Below are positions 1 through 13,300 of a stretch of DNA of 64,000 nucleotides, piece by piece (position 1 is the stretch's first letter; each line of letters begins with the position of its first letter). Under the pieces are notes generated by a model. The model was given only the letters and a program-made list of their open reading frames with translations. It ran no database searches and was not told the origin of the DNA. The position numbers were made by a program, and so were the translations under genes. The stretch covers positions 349,355-413,354 of the forward strand of contig DF236950.1 of assembly GCA_000708835.1 (NCBI GenBank). Direction: 5' to 3'. Source of the stretch: Klebsormidium nitens (lineage: Eukaryota; Plantae; Klebsormidiophyceae).

Positions 1-947
1 CCTGTTGTCGTCCATATCCACATGCGCTGAGGCTGGGGTTGCGCTTGGGACGCCTTCACAGGAAGGCCCTTTTATTGATGTTGCTCGGATATGCAACTTG
101 GACAAGTCGGATCAACCAGCGTTTTCAACGATGTTTGTGCAGAGATTTTCAAAGCACATATACTGGGCATCTCTTGTTGATCACTCGTCTTCTAAGATTC
201 GCGACTTTCAGCCACGAAAGTTTGCCGTGCTGGAATGTTTCAACCCCGCCATGACCATCGTCTGGCAGATTTGCATCGCGAGCAAGCCGAACTTCACGTT
301 GTCAAAAAGCTCAATCAGGCTTGTATCATTCTGTAGGTGTCGTATTTCAGCAGAGAGCTCCCCTTCTCAGCCCCCGTTGGCGAAAGGCTTGTCAGGTTCG
401 GTGACTTACTGCGTGCAGACAAGGGAAAAGGGTCTGACCTGGATTGCAACTAAACATTCTATCGGCCGCCTCTGCAGTTCTTCTATGGCAAGGTCTCAAG
501 CCTTCCGCTGTGATAGCCGCCATCTGTGCGCAAGCGCTGACCGCCTTCTTCGTAAGTTGAATGTCTGACATGGTTGGCCTTCCAAAGCTCGTAGGGGCAT
601 CTGTGCAATGGAAAGGACAGGGTCATTCCTGCCAAAGCCGCACCAACCAATCAGTTCATTCATTAAGACCAATACTTGTTCAGTCAGGCGTGCTTTCGAC
701 TCGTTCCGTTCCTAAGTCTGTACTTCATCATCCAGGTTTTTCTCCATCGCATTCGAGTACTTTTTCGAGGCCTCTCGACCGTAGACGTATCTTGAGTCTC
801 TTTTCGATCCTTTCCGCAACCAACGGATTTTCCTGCTGCCTTCAACCCAATTTGTTCGAGCACAGTCGCCCGCTTGATTGTGCGTACTGTCCACATACTT
901 GCATCGTCGGAACGTGAATCCTTTTGACAATGTTATGTGCTCTGCAG

Positions 948-1202
948 GCATGGTTACGGATTGCGCTTGGGTACCACACGCCCGCCCAAGTATTGGTAGG
1001 ATGTGCTGTAGGCAACGTGGTCGCCATCAGCTGGTTAGCGATTGGCGAACGCAAGGTTCTCCCAGCCATCGCTTCTCCGGATGGCGCTCTCCTTCGGGTT
1101 GCTCTATTTCTTTCCACCACGCTACTTGTTGTAGCGTTTGTAGCCTATGCATTGCGAAAATGGACGCAAGACTTGCCTTTCTTTGACCGATGGCGGCGCT
1201 AG
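948..1202 (+). CDS. Last coding exon of a lipid phosphate phosphatase epsilon / dolichyldiphosphatase-like (PAP2 family) gene; upstream exons lie before the window
   Basis: Acceptor tctgcag| ends at 947, then AWLRIALGYHTPAQVLVG, matching the PAP2 C3 motif (SRxxxxxHxxxQVxxG type). Two hydrophobic segments follow; TAG at 1200-1202. Confidence 0.8.
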   Translation, partial: AWLRIALGYHTPAQVLVGCAVGNVVAISWLAIGERKVLPAIASPDGALLRVALFLSTTLLVVAFVAYALRKWTQDLPFFDRWRR

Positions 1203-2332
1203 GATTTGCATCGTCTGTTTATTGTTCTGTAATTGTTTCATTTCACTGGGTTGATCGAAAAAGCTACCAGACGTATCCAGATTGGATTGTGTGCATTGAG
1301 TGCAGTACTCGATTCTAGGCGCCTGCGCATTCGACACTGCCAGTTCAAGCTGCATTTGTCGGCGCGGCAGATTGATTGGTCTCGTACTGAGGTGCCTGTG
1401 ACTTTCCTATAGATAGTCGTATCATTGAATCAGTTCGTAAGTCGACAGCAGCAGGCGGCAGGGCGGCTCAGTACTTATTCGCCATCTCTGTAGATGAGTA
1501 TGTTATCAAACGTCCTGGCAGAGGCCCGCTAGGCGGCTAGGAATTCTCAATCTGGTTCCACTGTGCTTACATACAACCATTCTGAAGTCCGGCGCGCTGT
1601 TAGTGTTGACCATTGTCCGGCAAAGCACATATTTGTGCCCACAATCGAGACCACTTTATCCAGCAGATTATTCAGGGCCCTACTACTAGTGTTTAGTAGT
1701 GCCAAAATTTTGGTATGGCCGCGGGCGGCCCTGTGACACACGGGCCGGTCGCAGCCGCATCGTGCCGCCGTAGAACATTGTACCAATCAGCCTTCAAGCT
1801 AGCAATATATGCCGAATCAAGCCGTGATGACATATGTACTGAGGCCCCTAGCTCAATCGAGACGCGACCAGTCATGAGACGTGTGTATACTTCAATATCA
1901 TACGTATGTAACTAGCAGTCGCGGATCAAGTGCGCACTGCCATGGCAACTAATCAGATGTTTCCGTAATTTGGGTACGGTAACATGAGCGGCCCATGGTC
2001 ACTGCCGCGCCGATTGCAAATGAGCCCGAGAATAATCTACTATATACCGGTAGACGAGAAGGCATGGGCGGCTATGCGCATACCTAAAGTCGATAAGCGT
2101 CGAACGGTCAGATCGAACGCAACCAGTTAACGTTGATCTGATCATGTACACAAAGGAAGGACTATCTTTGGTACTAGTCACAGAATAGTATACAAATTGC
2201 AGGGAGCAGAACAACGCATGTCCCAGCCTACTGGTCACTTGTCATGATCAGACAACCTACCAGAAACACTCGACGCTTCCTGATCACATCGCTAACTCTT
2301 CCTGCGTGCACACCGAGTCCAAACTCAAGGGC

Positions 2333-3601
2333 TTAGGGCTTCTTGGAAACTGTTCTCCAATCCACCCCCGAAGAGCTCCCTCCCGTGTCCCTCTTAGGCC
2401 TTCCGCGTCTAGCTGTGGGCTTTGCAGAGGGCTGGCTCTCTTCAAACAATCGGCCCGGGTCAAGGTCAGCGTCCTTTGGCTTGCTTGAGTGCAGCTTGGC
2501 CTTCATAAGGGCCTGCTGTGCTACACCAAGCATTTCCCCACGCCCCTTGAACTCCAGAAGCTGCCCTGGTGGCAACGCGCGATCCGACCGCTGACTGGCC
2601 GCAACACCATAGCTACTTTTCAAGGCTTCTTCCGCCTCCAATTCTGTTTCCTGCAGCCTCCGCTCCTCAAAAGTCTTCGCTAGACTGCTCTTCTTCTGCT
2701 CTTCCGCCTCGTCCCATTGCTTGACCCTCCTCCTTGCGCGCCTGGCCTCAGAGGGATCCTTAATCACCCCAGCTTTGACCGCCCAGCGCGCCGCCTCCTT
2801 CTTCTCCTCCTTTTCCTTCTTGTCCAGCTCAAGCTGAATGTCCATGCTCTTCAGCTTGAACAGAGCGGTCCTGTAGACGTCCTGGCCTGACTCCGCGCCT
2901 TTACCCTTGCCTTGCATTGCAGCTTCCTGCATATCGTCAACATCGACCTGCCTCACATTGTTCTTAATCTCCGGCAACTGCAGCACGATAGCTGCCATCT
3001 CACCCACGTCAAGTGTCTCTTCCTTGCTGCGGAGCACCACTTTGTTCAGCTCCCCCTTCTGCAGGGGCTTTATCGGCGCAGCGCTCGTTGCCAACCACTC
3101 AAGATACTTTTTACTGACCTCCCGCAGCATTTTCCCTTTGTGCTCGCCCGACGTCAACCGATAGTTCAGCATTCTGACAAGCTTTGGGTCAGTCGTAATA
3201 CTTTTCCCTCCCCCAATGAACTGTGCATACTTGGCAAGCTTCTTCTTAACCACGGTCCGCTTGTCCAGCCGCTGCGCACTTCCCGGAGTGGTAAAACCCT
3301 TTCCTTCACAAAACTCCCGAGGTTCCGGCATGTCTTTCCAGTATCGAGGTTGTATTTTTCTAGGCCAGTCTGCAGCTGACGCCTTTTCTGTACCTTTTCC
3401 ATCACCAGGGCCTGCCGCTGCGAGAACAAATAGCCCAGGTCTTATCTGTGTTTGAGCTCCACCTATCCGAACTGCAAAGAGACTTGCAGCACCTTCAAGC
3501 ATATGACGGGCATTCCGACCATCTTGACTACCAAGCGCGAGCGTGCGGCCAAACGAACATTCCCGAACTAATGATGCTTGTGAGCAAACCTCAAAGGCCA
3601 T
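2333..3601 (-). CDS. Intronless 422-aa protein, probably plastid-targeted, Lys/Glu-rich, with a DUF3820/ExoX-C-like motif
   Basis: Uninterrupted ORF from ATG 3601. The N-terminal ~60 aa are Ser/Ala/Arg-rich and end VLAAAG (transit-peptide-like). Internal motif LTSGEHKGKMLREVSKKYLEWLA; charged helical C-terminal half. Confidence 0.75.
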   Translation of the reverse strand: MAFEVCSQASLVRECSFGRTLALGSQDGRNARHMLEGAASLFAVRIGGAQTQIRPGLFVLAAAGPGDGKGTEKASAADWPRKIQPRYWKDMPEPREFCEGKGFTTPGSAQRLDKRTVVKKKLAKYAQFIGGGKSITTDPKLVRMLNYRLTSGEHKGKMLREVSKKYLEWLATSAAPIKPLQKGELNKVVLRSKEETLDVGEMAAIVLQLPEIKNNVRQVDVDDMQEAAMQGKGKGAESGQDVYRTALFKLKSMDIQLELDKKEKEEKKEAARWAVKAGVIKDPSEARRARRRVKQWDEAEEQKKSSLAKTFEERRLQETELEAEEALKSSYGVAASQRSDRALPPGQLLEFKGRGEMLGVAQQALMKAKLHSSKPKDADLDPGRLFEESQPSAKPTARRGRPKRDTGGSSSGVDWRTVSKKP

Positions 3602-4332
3602 CCTTGCAGGTCCAGGATACCGTAAGTGGCCCTAACCCTCCTGCTTTGCGCCCTTGCCCACTTTTCACTGCCCTCCTGTCAAGTTTGGAATTGCCAATGC
3701 TGCCATTGCTGGCTGCGTCCAAAAGTTGCAAGCAGACTCAATGTGGAAAACTACCGTACCTAGCATAAGGGATGGCAGCGGCAGAGTCGCAGCCATCTCA
3801 CAACGATTTGATGACTGACGGCCGTTCGACCAAGACAACATGGACGGTTCAATATGCTTCTTGGTCCGACGGTGCTCGCCGCGCTTCGTCCGCAAATCGA
3901 CGGCCTTTGAAGTGCGCCAAACTCTTCCTGGCTGGATCGAGAGTTCAAATTTGAAATCGTGCTCTAGCCTTTAAGCTTGGACTCGTCACTCTTCTTCTCT
4001 TGCCACAAGACTCGTGGACGGTGGCATTGAAACTTGAAAGCAATTTGAACGGTGCACAGGCAGCAGTACCTAAGGTGCCTAGTGACTAGTCCCAGTGTCT
4101 TCTCATCTCTTCTGAGGCGGCAGGCATTCATGTTGAATCTGCTCTTTGCGCCAGCCTTTTGGCAGGTGTTTTTGCATGGGGACGTGGTTCAAGGAAAAGT
4201 GCCAACCCGTTAGCGAAGAAGAGTCCAGTGTGTGATACAGAACGCTTTGTGTAGGGACATGGACAAAGTGAGGGCAACTGAAGCTGACTGATCTGTATTC
4301 TGAAAGCAATACTTTTCCAAGTCTGCACTAGC

Positions 4333-7300
4333 ATGGGTAGCGCAGGGGATTTGGCGGGAGCCATGAACAAGGTAAGCATCTAACATCTACATGATCATGT
4401 TCATAGATGCCTGTGGACAGTCAGTCGACCAAGACCGTCTGCATGAGCATCAGGACGTCAAGAGCTTGGCAAGTCGGCCGCTGAAGACCGATCACTGACT
4501 GGACGGGACACTCGAACCTCAAACACTGACCTGGCAGCCTAGTATGCTTGCGAGAGTTGCTGAAAGACTTACAGCAGCACTCTGCTGCAACGCAGATTGC
4601 GTCTCTGGAACAAACGATAATTCGTCTAGAGGGGGATCTAGCACGGAGACGTGTTCAGTTTGAGAACCTGGAGTCTTCACTCCAAAAAGGACAGAAGAGC
4701 CTTGCAGAGGAGAGAGCAGAGAGAGAAGCCCTTCAGAAGGTACAGAAAACTTCCTACCTCGCATCCTGTTTCCATAAAGTGCTAATAGGCTTGCAAAAGT
4801 CCGACCAACACTTGCTTTCAAGGACATGATCTGTGTATACAGGAGCAGCCACGCAGGGGCCAAAGTAGGAAGCAGATCAGGTTGAGCCCTCTGTTTGAAG
4901 CATGATCTGGGACCATGATGCACGGAGCAGTACGAGGCTTGTGATGATCGATGTTGCATCCCTTGGCTGCAAGTTTGAGAAGCTTGGCCGAAGTTGTCAT
5001 CCACATAATCCCCCATGCAGGACTTCCTCAGGCTGCAGCGACGAAACGATGAGTTGGAGCAGTTGGGAGAGGCAAAAACCAAGGTGCGCATTCGTTCATA
5101 AAACGGCAGACTATGACTAAAGCGAAGACCTGATCACATTTTGATGTCGATCTGCTGTCAAATTGGGCATCCATTTGCTATCGAAACTTACTTTCTCAAC
5201 TTATTGAGATTGTTCTTGGATTTCTGGTTTCTGGCCCTTCCTTTTTCCACCTCTTTAGTGCATAGTTGCAGCACCACATCATGCCTCTGCTTGACTTGAC
5301 ACACTGCCTGTCAAAATGTGGTTGTGCAGGAAGTCCGTGTCCGCAGCGAAGCTTGCTCTTTACTGGAAATCCAATTGAAGAAAACACAGCAAGAGAGAGA
5401 CGAAAGCGCGGTAGCAGAGCGCCACCTTCGGTCCAAACTCGCTGACTTGGCAGAAACAGTGGATGGGCTTTCACGAGACAACAAGGAGGTATGCAGGCTG
5501 ACTATTCATTCCTTCAAGCTTGCCATTGTCCTCTCTGCCGCAAGTTTTGCACTGGCCCACAGCATATCGCATCATGCCTGTTTAATAAGAGTGGATGGCT
5601 TGCTTTCGACCTCTTCAGTAACATTTGAGATTTGTTGCTGTGCAGCTAAGGAAGCAGCTGGTTGGGGAGAGGAATCAAGCTGAGAACTTGCAGAGACAGG
5701 TTGAGAAACAGAGGGAGATTCACGAACGATCTATCCACCAACTAAAGTGCAGGTAAAGCCAGTCTTCTTCTGCAACGAAACTGTGATTGAGATAGTTTTA
5801 ATTCTTGCAGAGTTAATTCATGCCAACCTATGTCCCACAGCATAGCGCACACGCTTCATGACATGGGCACTTTCCTGAACGCACATTTTATTCTACAATT
5901 AGATACTGGATTCAAAGAGACTTCGTAAACTGCTTTCAGTCCCAGAATATGCAATTTAGAGCGTGTCTTTCGGCGTTGCAAGCAAATGTATCTGACTACA
6001 TCTCTCTTTGCTCTGGACAGTCTCTCAGAGAAGGATGGGAGCCTCCAGCAGGTCAACCGCACCCTTGCTTCACAGCAAGAGGAAGCATCCCATGCAGGGC
6101 ATCGTGCACAGCAAGCAGAAGCGAGCGCCCAGAAGCTGCGCACGGAGCTGGCGGCAGCACTGCACGTCACAAGCAAACTGCAGGAGCAGTGCGATCGTCT
6201 CCAAGAGCAAGTGGCGCAGGGGGCTAGTTCAGCACAGCATGCCCAAGAGGCGCAAGGCGCTTCTGAGCGGAGGTGCTCGACATTGGAAGCAAAGGTGAGG
6301 CTGGCCCGCACATGTTGAGGCACTGTAATAGCGTGATATTTGTCAAGGGGGTCCGCCGCGTGGTTTGAAGAATGTGGGTTGGACGTGTCCCAAGCGTAAC
6401 CGGTGTTTAGAATCGAAAAGTTGCGCCTGATTTTTGAAGGGTGACTGTTCACGAACGGGGTTGCACTTTTACTGCTCTTCTGAGATTTTACACTTCTTTA
6501 CTGAGGTAGCTTGCAAGAGAACTGGGAAACTTTATACTCATTCAAACATTTTCTGACTGAAAAGACGCCAGCAAAGATTGCACCGTTTCGTCCTTCTTGC
6601 AATCAGGACGAAACTACCGTAGTAAAAGTTGCAAAATAGTAGAGTAGTAAAGTCGCAACGCAGTTTGGCCTAAAACATTGAAGCAGTCTTCACACCAAGA
6701 CTCAAAAGCAAAGATTTCAATCTTGTACCTGCGCTCTTGAAGCCGGCTTCCCCAGATACGAAAACTGGTCCTAGTAGCATTGCCAGGTGAGGCAAGTCAG
6801 ACTTCCAATCAACGATTTCTGAAAAATCTGCTGCGCTTTTCCAGGTGGCAGAGCTGGAGAAGGAGCTGACTGCCGCACTTACCGAGCGTTCAGCCAAGGA
6901 AGCGGCCTTTGCCGGACAGAGCCAGATGGTCGAGGTTCTCTCCGCTGAGAAAGTCAGTCTCACCAACGCACTTGAGACGGCCCGGAAGGATGCGGTCCAG
7001 GCAAAGGACGCTCACGCAAGCGCGGCCAAACGGGTTCAGAGCCTTCAGCAGGAGTTGTTGGATGCTTCAAACCACTTAGAGCGCCTGAAAGAGGCTGAGG
7101 GTTTGGTGGCGCAGCTGACAGCCGAAGTGAAGGAGAGGGAGGAGAAGTGCGCCGCCAGTGAGCAAGCGGTGGTGAGCCTGCAGTCGAAGCTCGGCACAGC
7201 GGCGGTCGAAAAGAGGGATTTGGAGTCGAGGGTTGGAAAGCTGGCGGACGACTTGAGTGCAGTGACGGCTCTTCTCGAGGATGCGCGGGTGCGGCTGGGT

Positions 7301-10300
7301 AAAGAAGAGGAGGGAAAGAGGGTGCTGGAGGCTCGGCTTGAAGCCCAAACGGAGGAGCTGAAGAAAGCGGCTGCACAGGAGGGGACGCAATCCGCAGAAC
7401 TGGAAAGGCTTGCTAGGGAGCTTGAGCAGTCTAAGGATGCGGCGACTGGCTTAGCGGTTCAGCTGAAGGAGGTCGACGCTCGCTACCGCGAAAACGAGGC
7501 GAAGCTGCTCGAGTTGCGGTCGGAGGCGGAGGCCAATTTGAAGCGGGTGGACGATGCGGAAAGGGCGGCGGCGGAGAGCCTCTCGGCACTGGAAGAAAGC
7601 CAGGCCCGGGAAGCCGCCCTCGCGGGCAGGGTCAAAGAGCTGGAGAGCTCGAGGCGGCTGGGGGAGAGCTTGTCGGGGGCGCTGAAAAGGGAGGTCGTCG
7701 AGAAGGCACAACAGCTGGCGGCATGCCGCGCCGAGCTTGCGGCCCTGAGCAGCGGGATGGAGTCCGTCAAGGAAGGGGCGGACCAGCGGGCGCAGGAGCT
7801 CGCAGGCTGGGAGGAAAAGTGCTCGCTTCTGGAGGCGGAGGCGGGGCGAAAACTCGAGCAGCTGCGGTTGGAGAACGGGGCTCTAAGCCAGCAGTTGCAA
7901 GCGCTGGAGTCGCAGCTGCAGGAAGCGCGGGGAAAAGTCCGCCAGAACGAGGAGGCGGTTCTGGCTCAGCAAAGGAAGGTGTTTGAGTTGGAAGGACTGG
8001 TTGGGGCTGCGAAAGAGGAGCGGCTTGCACGGGAACTAGAGCGGACGGCTCTGCAGGCGGAGCTTGACACATTCGGGGCGCAGTTGCGGGAGAGCAGGGT
8101 CGCGCTGCAGTCCAAGACCAACGAGTGCGCGGAAGCTGTGGAACGGTTGCGGACGGTGGAGAGCTTCCGAGCAGAAACGGAGGGGGCGCTTAAGGGCGAG
8201 GTGGCAAGACTCGAGGAAGCCCTCTCAGCAGCAGAGCGGACAGCTGACGGCATGGCCGAACAGAAAAAAATAGTGGAAAGGAAGTTGAAAGAGGCCGAGA
8301 TGAAGCTGGAAGCCGCAACGGGGTTGAAGGATGCGTTGCAGGGAGAAGCGGAGGAGGCCCAGATGCGCCTCGTGGAAGTGGAAAGCGAGCTTGAGAAGAC
8401 ACGTGGCACCCTTTTGGAGACCGAAGAGAGGCTGTCCGTGACTGCACGGCTGGCGGAGGAACGCGCAGCCAAGCTGGTCGAGGCTGGGAAGGTGGAAGCG
8501 GTCTGGCGGGGAAGGTTGGAGGGGATGGAGGCAGACTCTCAAAAGAAGGAAGCAGAAATGCTTGGGCTTGTGCAAGAAGTGGATGCTTCAAAACATCGCT
8601 GTGCTGCTGTCGAGCAGGAATCGGGTCGGGCCAACGAGGAGGTGGCCCACTTGCGCGGGGAGGTGGCAAAAGCGAAAGAGAGGAGTGCGGCAGCGGAGAG
8701 GGAGACGGAAGAGAAGCTGGCTGCGCTCGAAGTCGAGCTGAAGAAAGCGCAGGGAGAGTTGGCCGCGAAGTGTGAGGAAGTGGCAGTGCAAGCGTCATGC
8801 CTGGCCCAAATGGATGCGCTCGTACTGCGGGCGGAGTCTGCTGGAGAGGAGGCGGCTCAGACGGAGAAGCTGTTGGAAGAAGCGGTTGCCAGGCAGCAAG
8901 CTTTGGAGGAGTCGCTGTCGAGGCTGAGCCGGGAAAAGGACGAGAGAGAGCGGCGGGTGCGGGATCTGACGGAGGCTCTGGCGGCGAAGGAGCGGCTAGT
9001 CGACGAAGGGGAGCGTCGGGAGAGGGGGAGGGAGGCGGAGCTAAGAGCGAGGGAGGAGGCTGCGGCTGCGCTGGAGAGAAGCTTACAAGGAGCGCAGGCC
9101 GAAGTCAAGGCGAAGGCAGACAAGCTTGCTGAGTTGGAGTCGATCCTAGCGGGTGGCGAGAAACGGGCGGGGGAGTTGGCGGCCGTGAGCAGAGCGCTCG
9201 AGGAAGAGAAGGAGGCCCTTGTGCGAGACTTCGAAGCCAGGGGAGGTGCGCTCGAGCGGGCGGAAGCGACGGCTTGGACTGAGAGCGGAAGGGCTTTGGC
9301 CCTTGAGGCTCAGCTGGCGGAACTCACGGCGGCTGCAGAAGCCACTGCCTCTGAGGTGGCTCGCCTGACGGGGGAGAGAGACGGGCTGACGCTTGAACTG
9401 GAGGCGAGGACGGAGCAGCTGGCCACCAGCAAGATGGCGGTCGCCTCGCTGACCGAGAAGTTGGACGCAGTCGAGCGGGAGCTTTCGGTCAGGAAGGCAG
9501 CGGGTAAGGAACGAGAGGAAGGTCTGCAAGCGGAGCTGAGTGGTTTGGTTGGCAGGCTCGACGCTGCTGAGGCGGAGCTTTCGGCGGGCAGCGATCGGTT
9601 GGCCGCCAGCGAAGAGAGGGAACGGAAGCTCCAGGGAGCGGTGGAGGCGCTTCGTCGCCAGCTTGACACGTGTCAGATCGACCTGGAGGCGGGGCGCAAG
9701 CACCTAGTAGCGGCAAGCGGCCAGTTGGCGCAGTCTCAGGGACAATTGTTGGCGAAGGAAGCTGAGATCCTGGAGCTTAAGGCGCAATTCGAAGGGCTGG
9801 AAGCAGTGCACAGCCAGCAAGCCGCGCGGTTTGCAACGGAGAAGAAGGGGCTCGAGGAGAGGGAGGCGGAGGGGCGGGGCAAAGTGGAAGCCATGGCGGT
9901 GGCCTTGGAAGCGGCGAGGGGTGCGCTGGCGGCCGGGGGCGACAAGGAGGGGTGCATGGAGGCGCACATCGGGGTACTGGAAAGGCGCCTCGAGGACAGA
10001 GAACGCGAAATCGAGACTCTGTGGAAGGAGGTGGCGGCTGTTACGGACGAACTGGGAAGCCGGGAAAGCGCGGCGCAGCTGGCGAGGCTCGACAACGTGG
10101 AAAGCAAGATGAGGCTGGCGGAAATTGAGGCGGCGCTGGCTGCAGCGAACGAGCAGAAGGCGCGGCTGAGCGGCGAGTTGGCGGCGGCGCGGGCGGATTT
10201 CGAGCGGAGCGGAACGGAGCTAGAGCGGAGCCGGGAGCGAGCTTCGCAGTTGGAGATGGAGCAGAGGCAGCGGGAGGAAAGTTCCGGCGCGCTGAGTGGA

Positions 10301-13300
10301 GCGCTGACTGCGGCGCAAGAGAAGCTTGCGGCGGCGCAGCGGGAAGTCGGGGAGTGCCGGGCGGCACTGGGAGCCGCGCAAGCGGACGGAGAGGCCAAGT
10401 CGGCGGAGCTCGCCGCGGTCAAGCTGCTGCTCGAGAAGTTCGCGCTGGAGGTCGAGGGCCTGACGGAGAGCCGGGAGAAGCTGGCGGGCGAGGTCGCGGC
10501 CGCCCTGGACGCGCAGTCTGGCGCTGAGCAGCAAACTGCACAGTTGTGCAAGGAGCTTGAAGAGTTGGTGGAGGCGAAGCGGGAGGTTGACATTGAGATT
10601 TTGGGGTTGAAGTCGCGGCTCGAGCAGGGGGCGGTAGTTGCACATCACATGGAAGAGGCGAAGACGGAGGTGGCGCGGTTGGAAGCGGAGGTGCGGGCAG
10701 CAGAAAGCCGGTGCTCCGCACTGGAAAGGGCGGTCAACGATGAGAGGGCGGTTGTTGCAGCCAGAGACGAGAAGATCGAACAGCTGCAAGAGGCGGCCCG
10801 GGTGAAGGAAGAGACGACGGCAGGGATGCGGAGCGCCTTAGACGAGGCTTTGGAGGCAGAGAAGATGCTGGAAGCGAGCGCTGAGGAGCTTTCCGCCCAG
10901 GGTGCGAAGGCTGAAAAGGAACTCTTGGAACTTCAAAGGCAGCGGGAAGAAGGATTGGGGAGAATCACAGAACTCGAACGTCAGCTGGAGTTGACGCAGG
11001 CCACCTGCAAGGATATCTCGGCCGAAAAGCAGGCTTTGGCGGAGCAAGTCGAATGCGGGCAGGCCGAGAATGCGGCTCTGTTGGGAAAGCAGCGCGATCT
11101 GGAGTCCGCCATCCAGCAGCTGAAGACAATCAAGGAGCGGACGGCGACCGAGCTGCAGGCACAGCTAGACTCGGCGGTCGCCGAGAAGGCCCGGATGTGC
11201 ACGGAACTAGAGGCGGCGACTGCTGACGTGGCGGAGCTGCGGGCAAAGGAGAAGGTGATGGAGGGCAGCCTGCAGCAAGTGGTGGCCCTGGCTCAGAAGA
11301 TCGACGGCCTGGAGAAGGAGAAAAAGCAGCTCCAAACGGCGGTCGGAAAAGGTGGGCAGGATGCGGGGGCGCTGAGCGAGGCGCTGGCGGCAGCACAGGA
11401 GCGGGCGGAGAAGCTGCTGTGGGAGCTGAACGGGAAGATTCAGGTGGGGCTTCGCTTGCAATGTGGGGACCGTCGGTCTGGTCAGCCTCTTCGCATTTCA
11501 CCAATCTTCGGAAGTAGGATGAACAAGCCCGTTATAGGATGTTCGGCTCATCACCTTTTACAAATTCAATGTAACTTTTTTTGCGTTCTTCACTTTCTCT
11601 TGATAAAGACAATTTTGCGCGAAAGTGGGGTTCGATCAGCGCACATGCTGGGCATGCAACGCTACGGTTCAAGCGCTTAGCTTCCGCTCAAGTATAACGG
11701 CCAGAGAAAGCAAGTCGTAATTCCTCCGGCGAAGACAACTCTTCAGTTGCCACGCTGGCCAAGAAGGCACATGATGCTGCCTTTGGCTGTTTCTTCTCTC
11801 CCTTCTCTCTTCTAAATGCAGTTACTTTTGAATAAGTATTTTTCCACGCTCGTACTGCTAACGAAGGCAGTCGAAAGCTCACGCAGCTTACGACAAGTTA
11901 CTCCGCTTGAGTTGCTGAATTATCTCGCTCTGCTCTGAAACCCTACCGATAACGAGTGAACTCCGTTTGGTCAGGTGCTGGAAGCCAAGAACGGGGCCCT
12001 GGAGCACATGAGCGCTCAGCTGCAAGGCGCCGAAGCCAAAGCTGAAGAGCAGGCCGCCAGCTTGGCTGTACAGGAAGACCAACTGCAAACCCTTCGTGAG
12101 ACTATCGCTCATCTCGAGGACTCCCTCCACTCGTACAAGGAGTCCGGAGACAGCCTGCAGAGGACGATTGGCGAGCGGGAAATCAGCATCGAGACTGGGA
12201 ACCGCGATATCGAACGGCTGCAGACGCTGCTGGAAGAGAAGCGGGTCAAAGTTGAGGGGATGGCGCGGGAAGCGGCAGAAGCAAGCAACAGGCTGGCTCA
12301 GGTCGAGGAGTGCGTGAGCGCTTTACAGGCGCAATTGACCAGTGCCCAGAAGGAAAGCAACGGGACGGAATCCAGTTTGAAGGAGCTAGCGGCGGCGTTG
12401 CGCGGGAGAGAGGCGGATGTCGACAGTCTGCGCGCGGAGAAAGCGGCGCTCTGCGGCGAAGTTGAACGGTTCAAGGGGCAGATGGAAGCGGCCCTGAAGC
12501 GAAGGGAGGCCGTAGAGAGTGGCGCGGCGCTGACGTCGGCAGAGCTGGAGCGAGTGGGGCGGGAGTTGGAGGCGATGCGGGCGACGGTCTCGGCCCTGGA
12601 GGTGAAGCGTAGCGAAGAGGAGCTTAAAAGTCAGCAGATGGAAGCGGCGCTCGCCGACAAGGACGGCCACGTGGCCGAGGCGCGTGCGGCGCTCGAAAGC
12701 GCGCGCGCCGAAGGGGCGCAAATCGCTAAAGAGCTCGACGCTTCGCGCGCAGTGGTCGGCCTCCTGCAAAAAGAACGGGGGGTGCTGATCGACAAGATGC
12801 ATCAGCTGGAAGCGGTGGTGACGTCAGCGAAGGCCGCCCTGGCGGAGAGCGAGCGGCTGTACTCAGAGTCGCAGGAGGCGGTGAAGGACGCGGGCGAGCT
12901 GAGGGGACAGCTGGCGGAAGCGACGAGCGCGCGTGTGGAGGTGGGCCGGCAACTAGAGGAGGCGCTGGCGCAGATCGAAAGAGAGAAAGGGGCGGCGGAC
13001 GAGTGGCAAAAGAAGGTCCGGGTGAGGCAACTGATCTGCAAATCTGCCGATTTTAATGCCGATTGGCTTTTCTGACTTTGATCGCGACCATAGTGGACAC
13101 CGATAAGGCAAGTTGATCAGTGCTGCTGTTTTCAATAGCATGACTGCCCTGGTCAACCCCTCATAACAAGTTGATCCATTACGAGCTCCCTCAGGTCCTC
13201 TATCAGATCAGGCTGATTGACCCCAATCGCTTTGAATCTGGTATCTTTGACGGACTATTAAAATCCAATGTAGGTTTCATTGAGCCCTGATTATTCATCT

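Noticed and set aside
5-568. 187-aa plus-strand ORF
   Set aside because: No recognisable motif, non-ATG start, and it lies in the presumed intron of the phosphatase gene. Roughly one ORF this long is expected by chance in six frames of 64 kb.
1718-1730. 13-mer GCCGCGGGCGGCC repeated at 40832-40844
   Set aside because: Dozens of 13-mer matches are expected by chance in 64 kb, and the flanks do not align.
4843-4880. Possible extra micro-exon of the coiled-coil gene
   Set aside because: The acceptor at 5020 joins exons 2 and 3 in phase 0 without it and keeps the heptad register; its GTTGAG donor is weak.
7076-13041. Many long antisense and alternate-frame ORFs
   Set aside because: These are shadows of the GC-rich coiled-coil exons, with low-complexity Pro/Ser/Arg translations.
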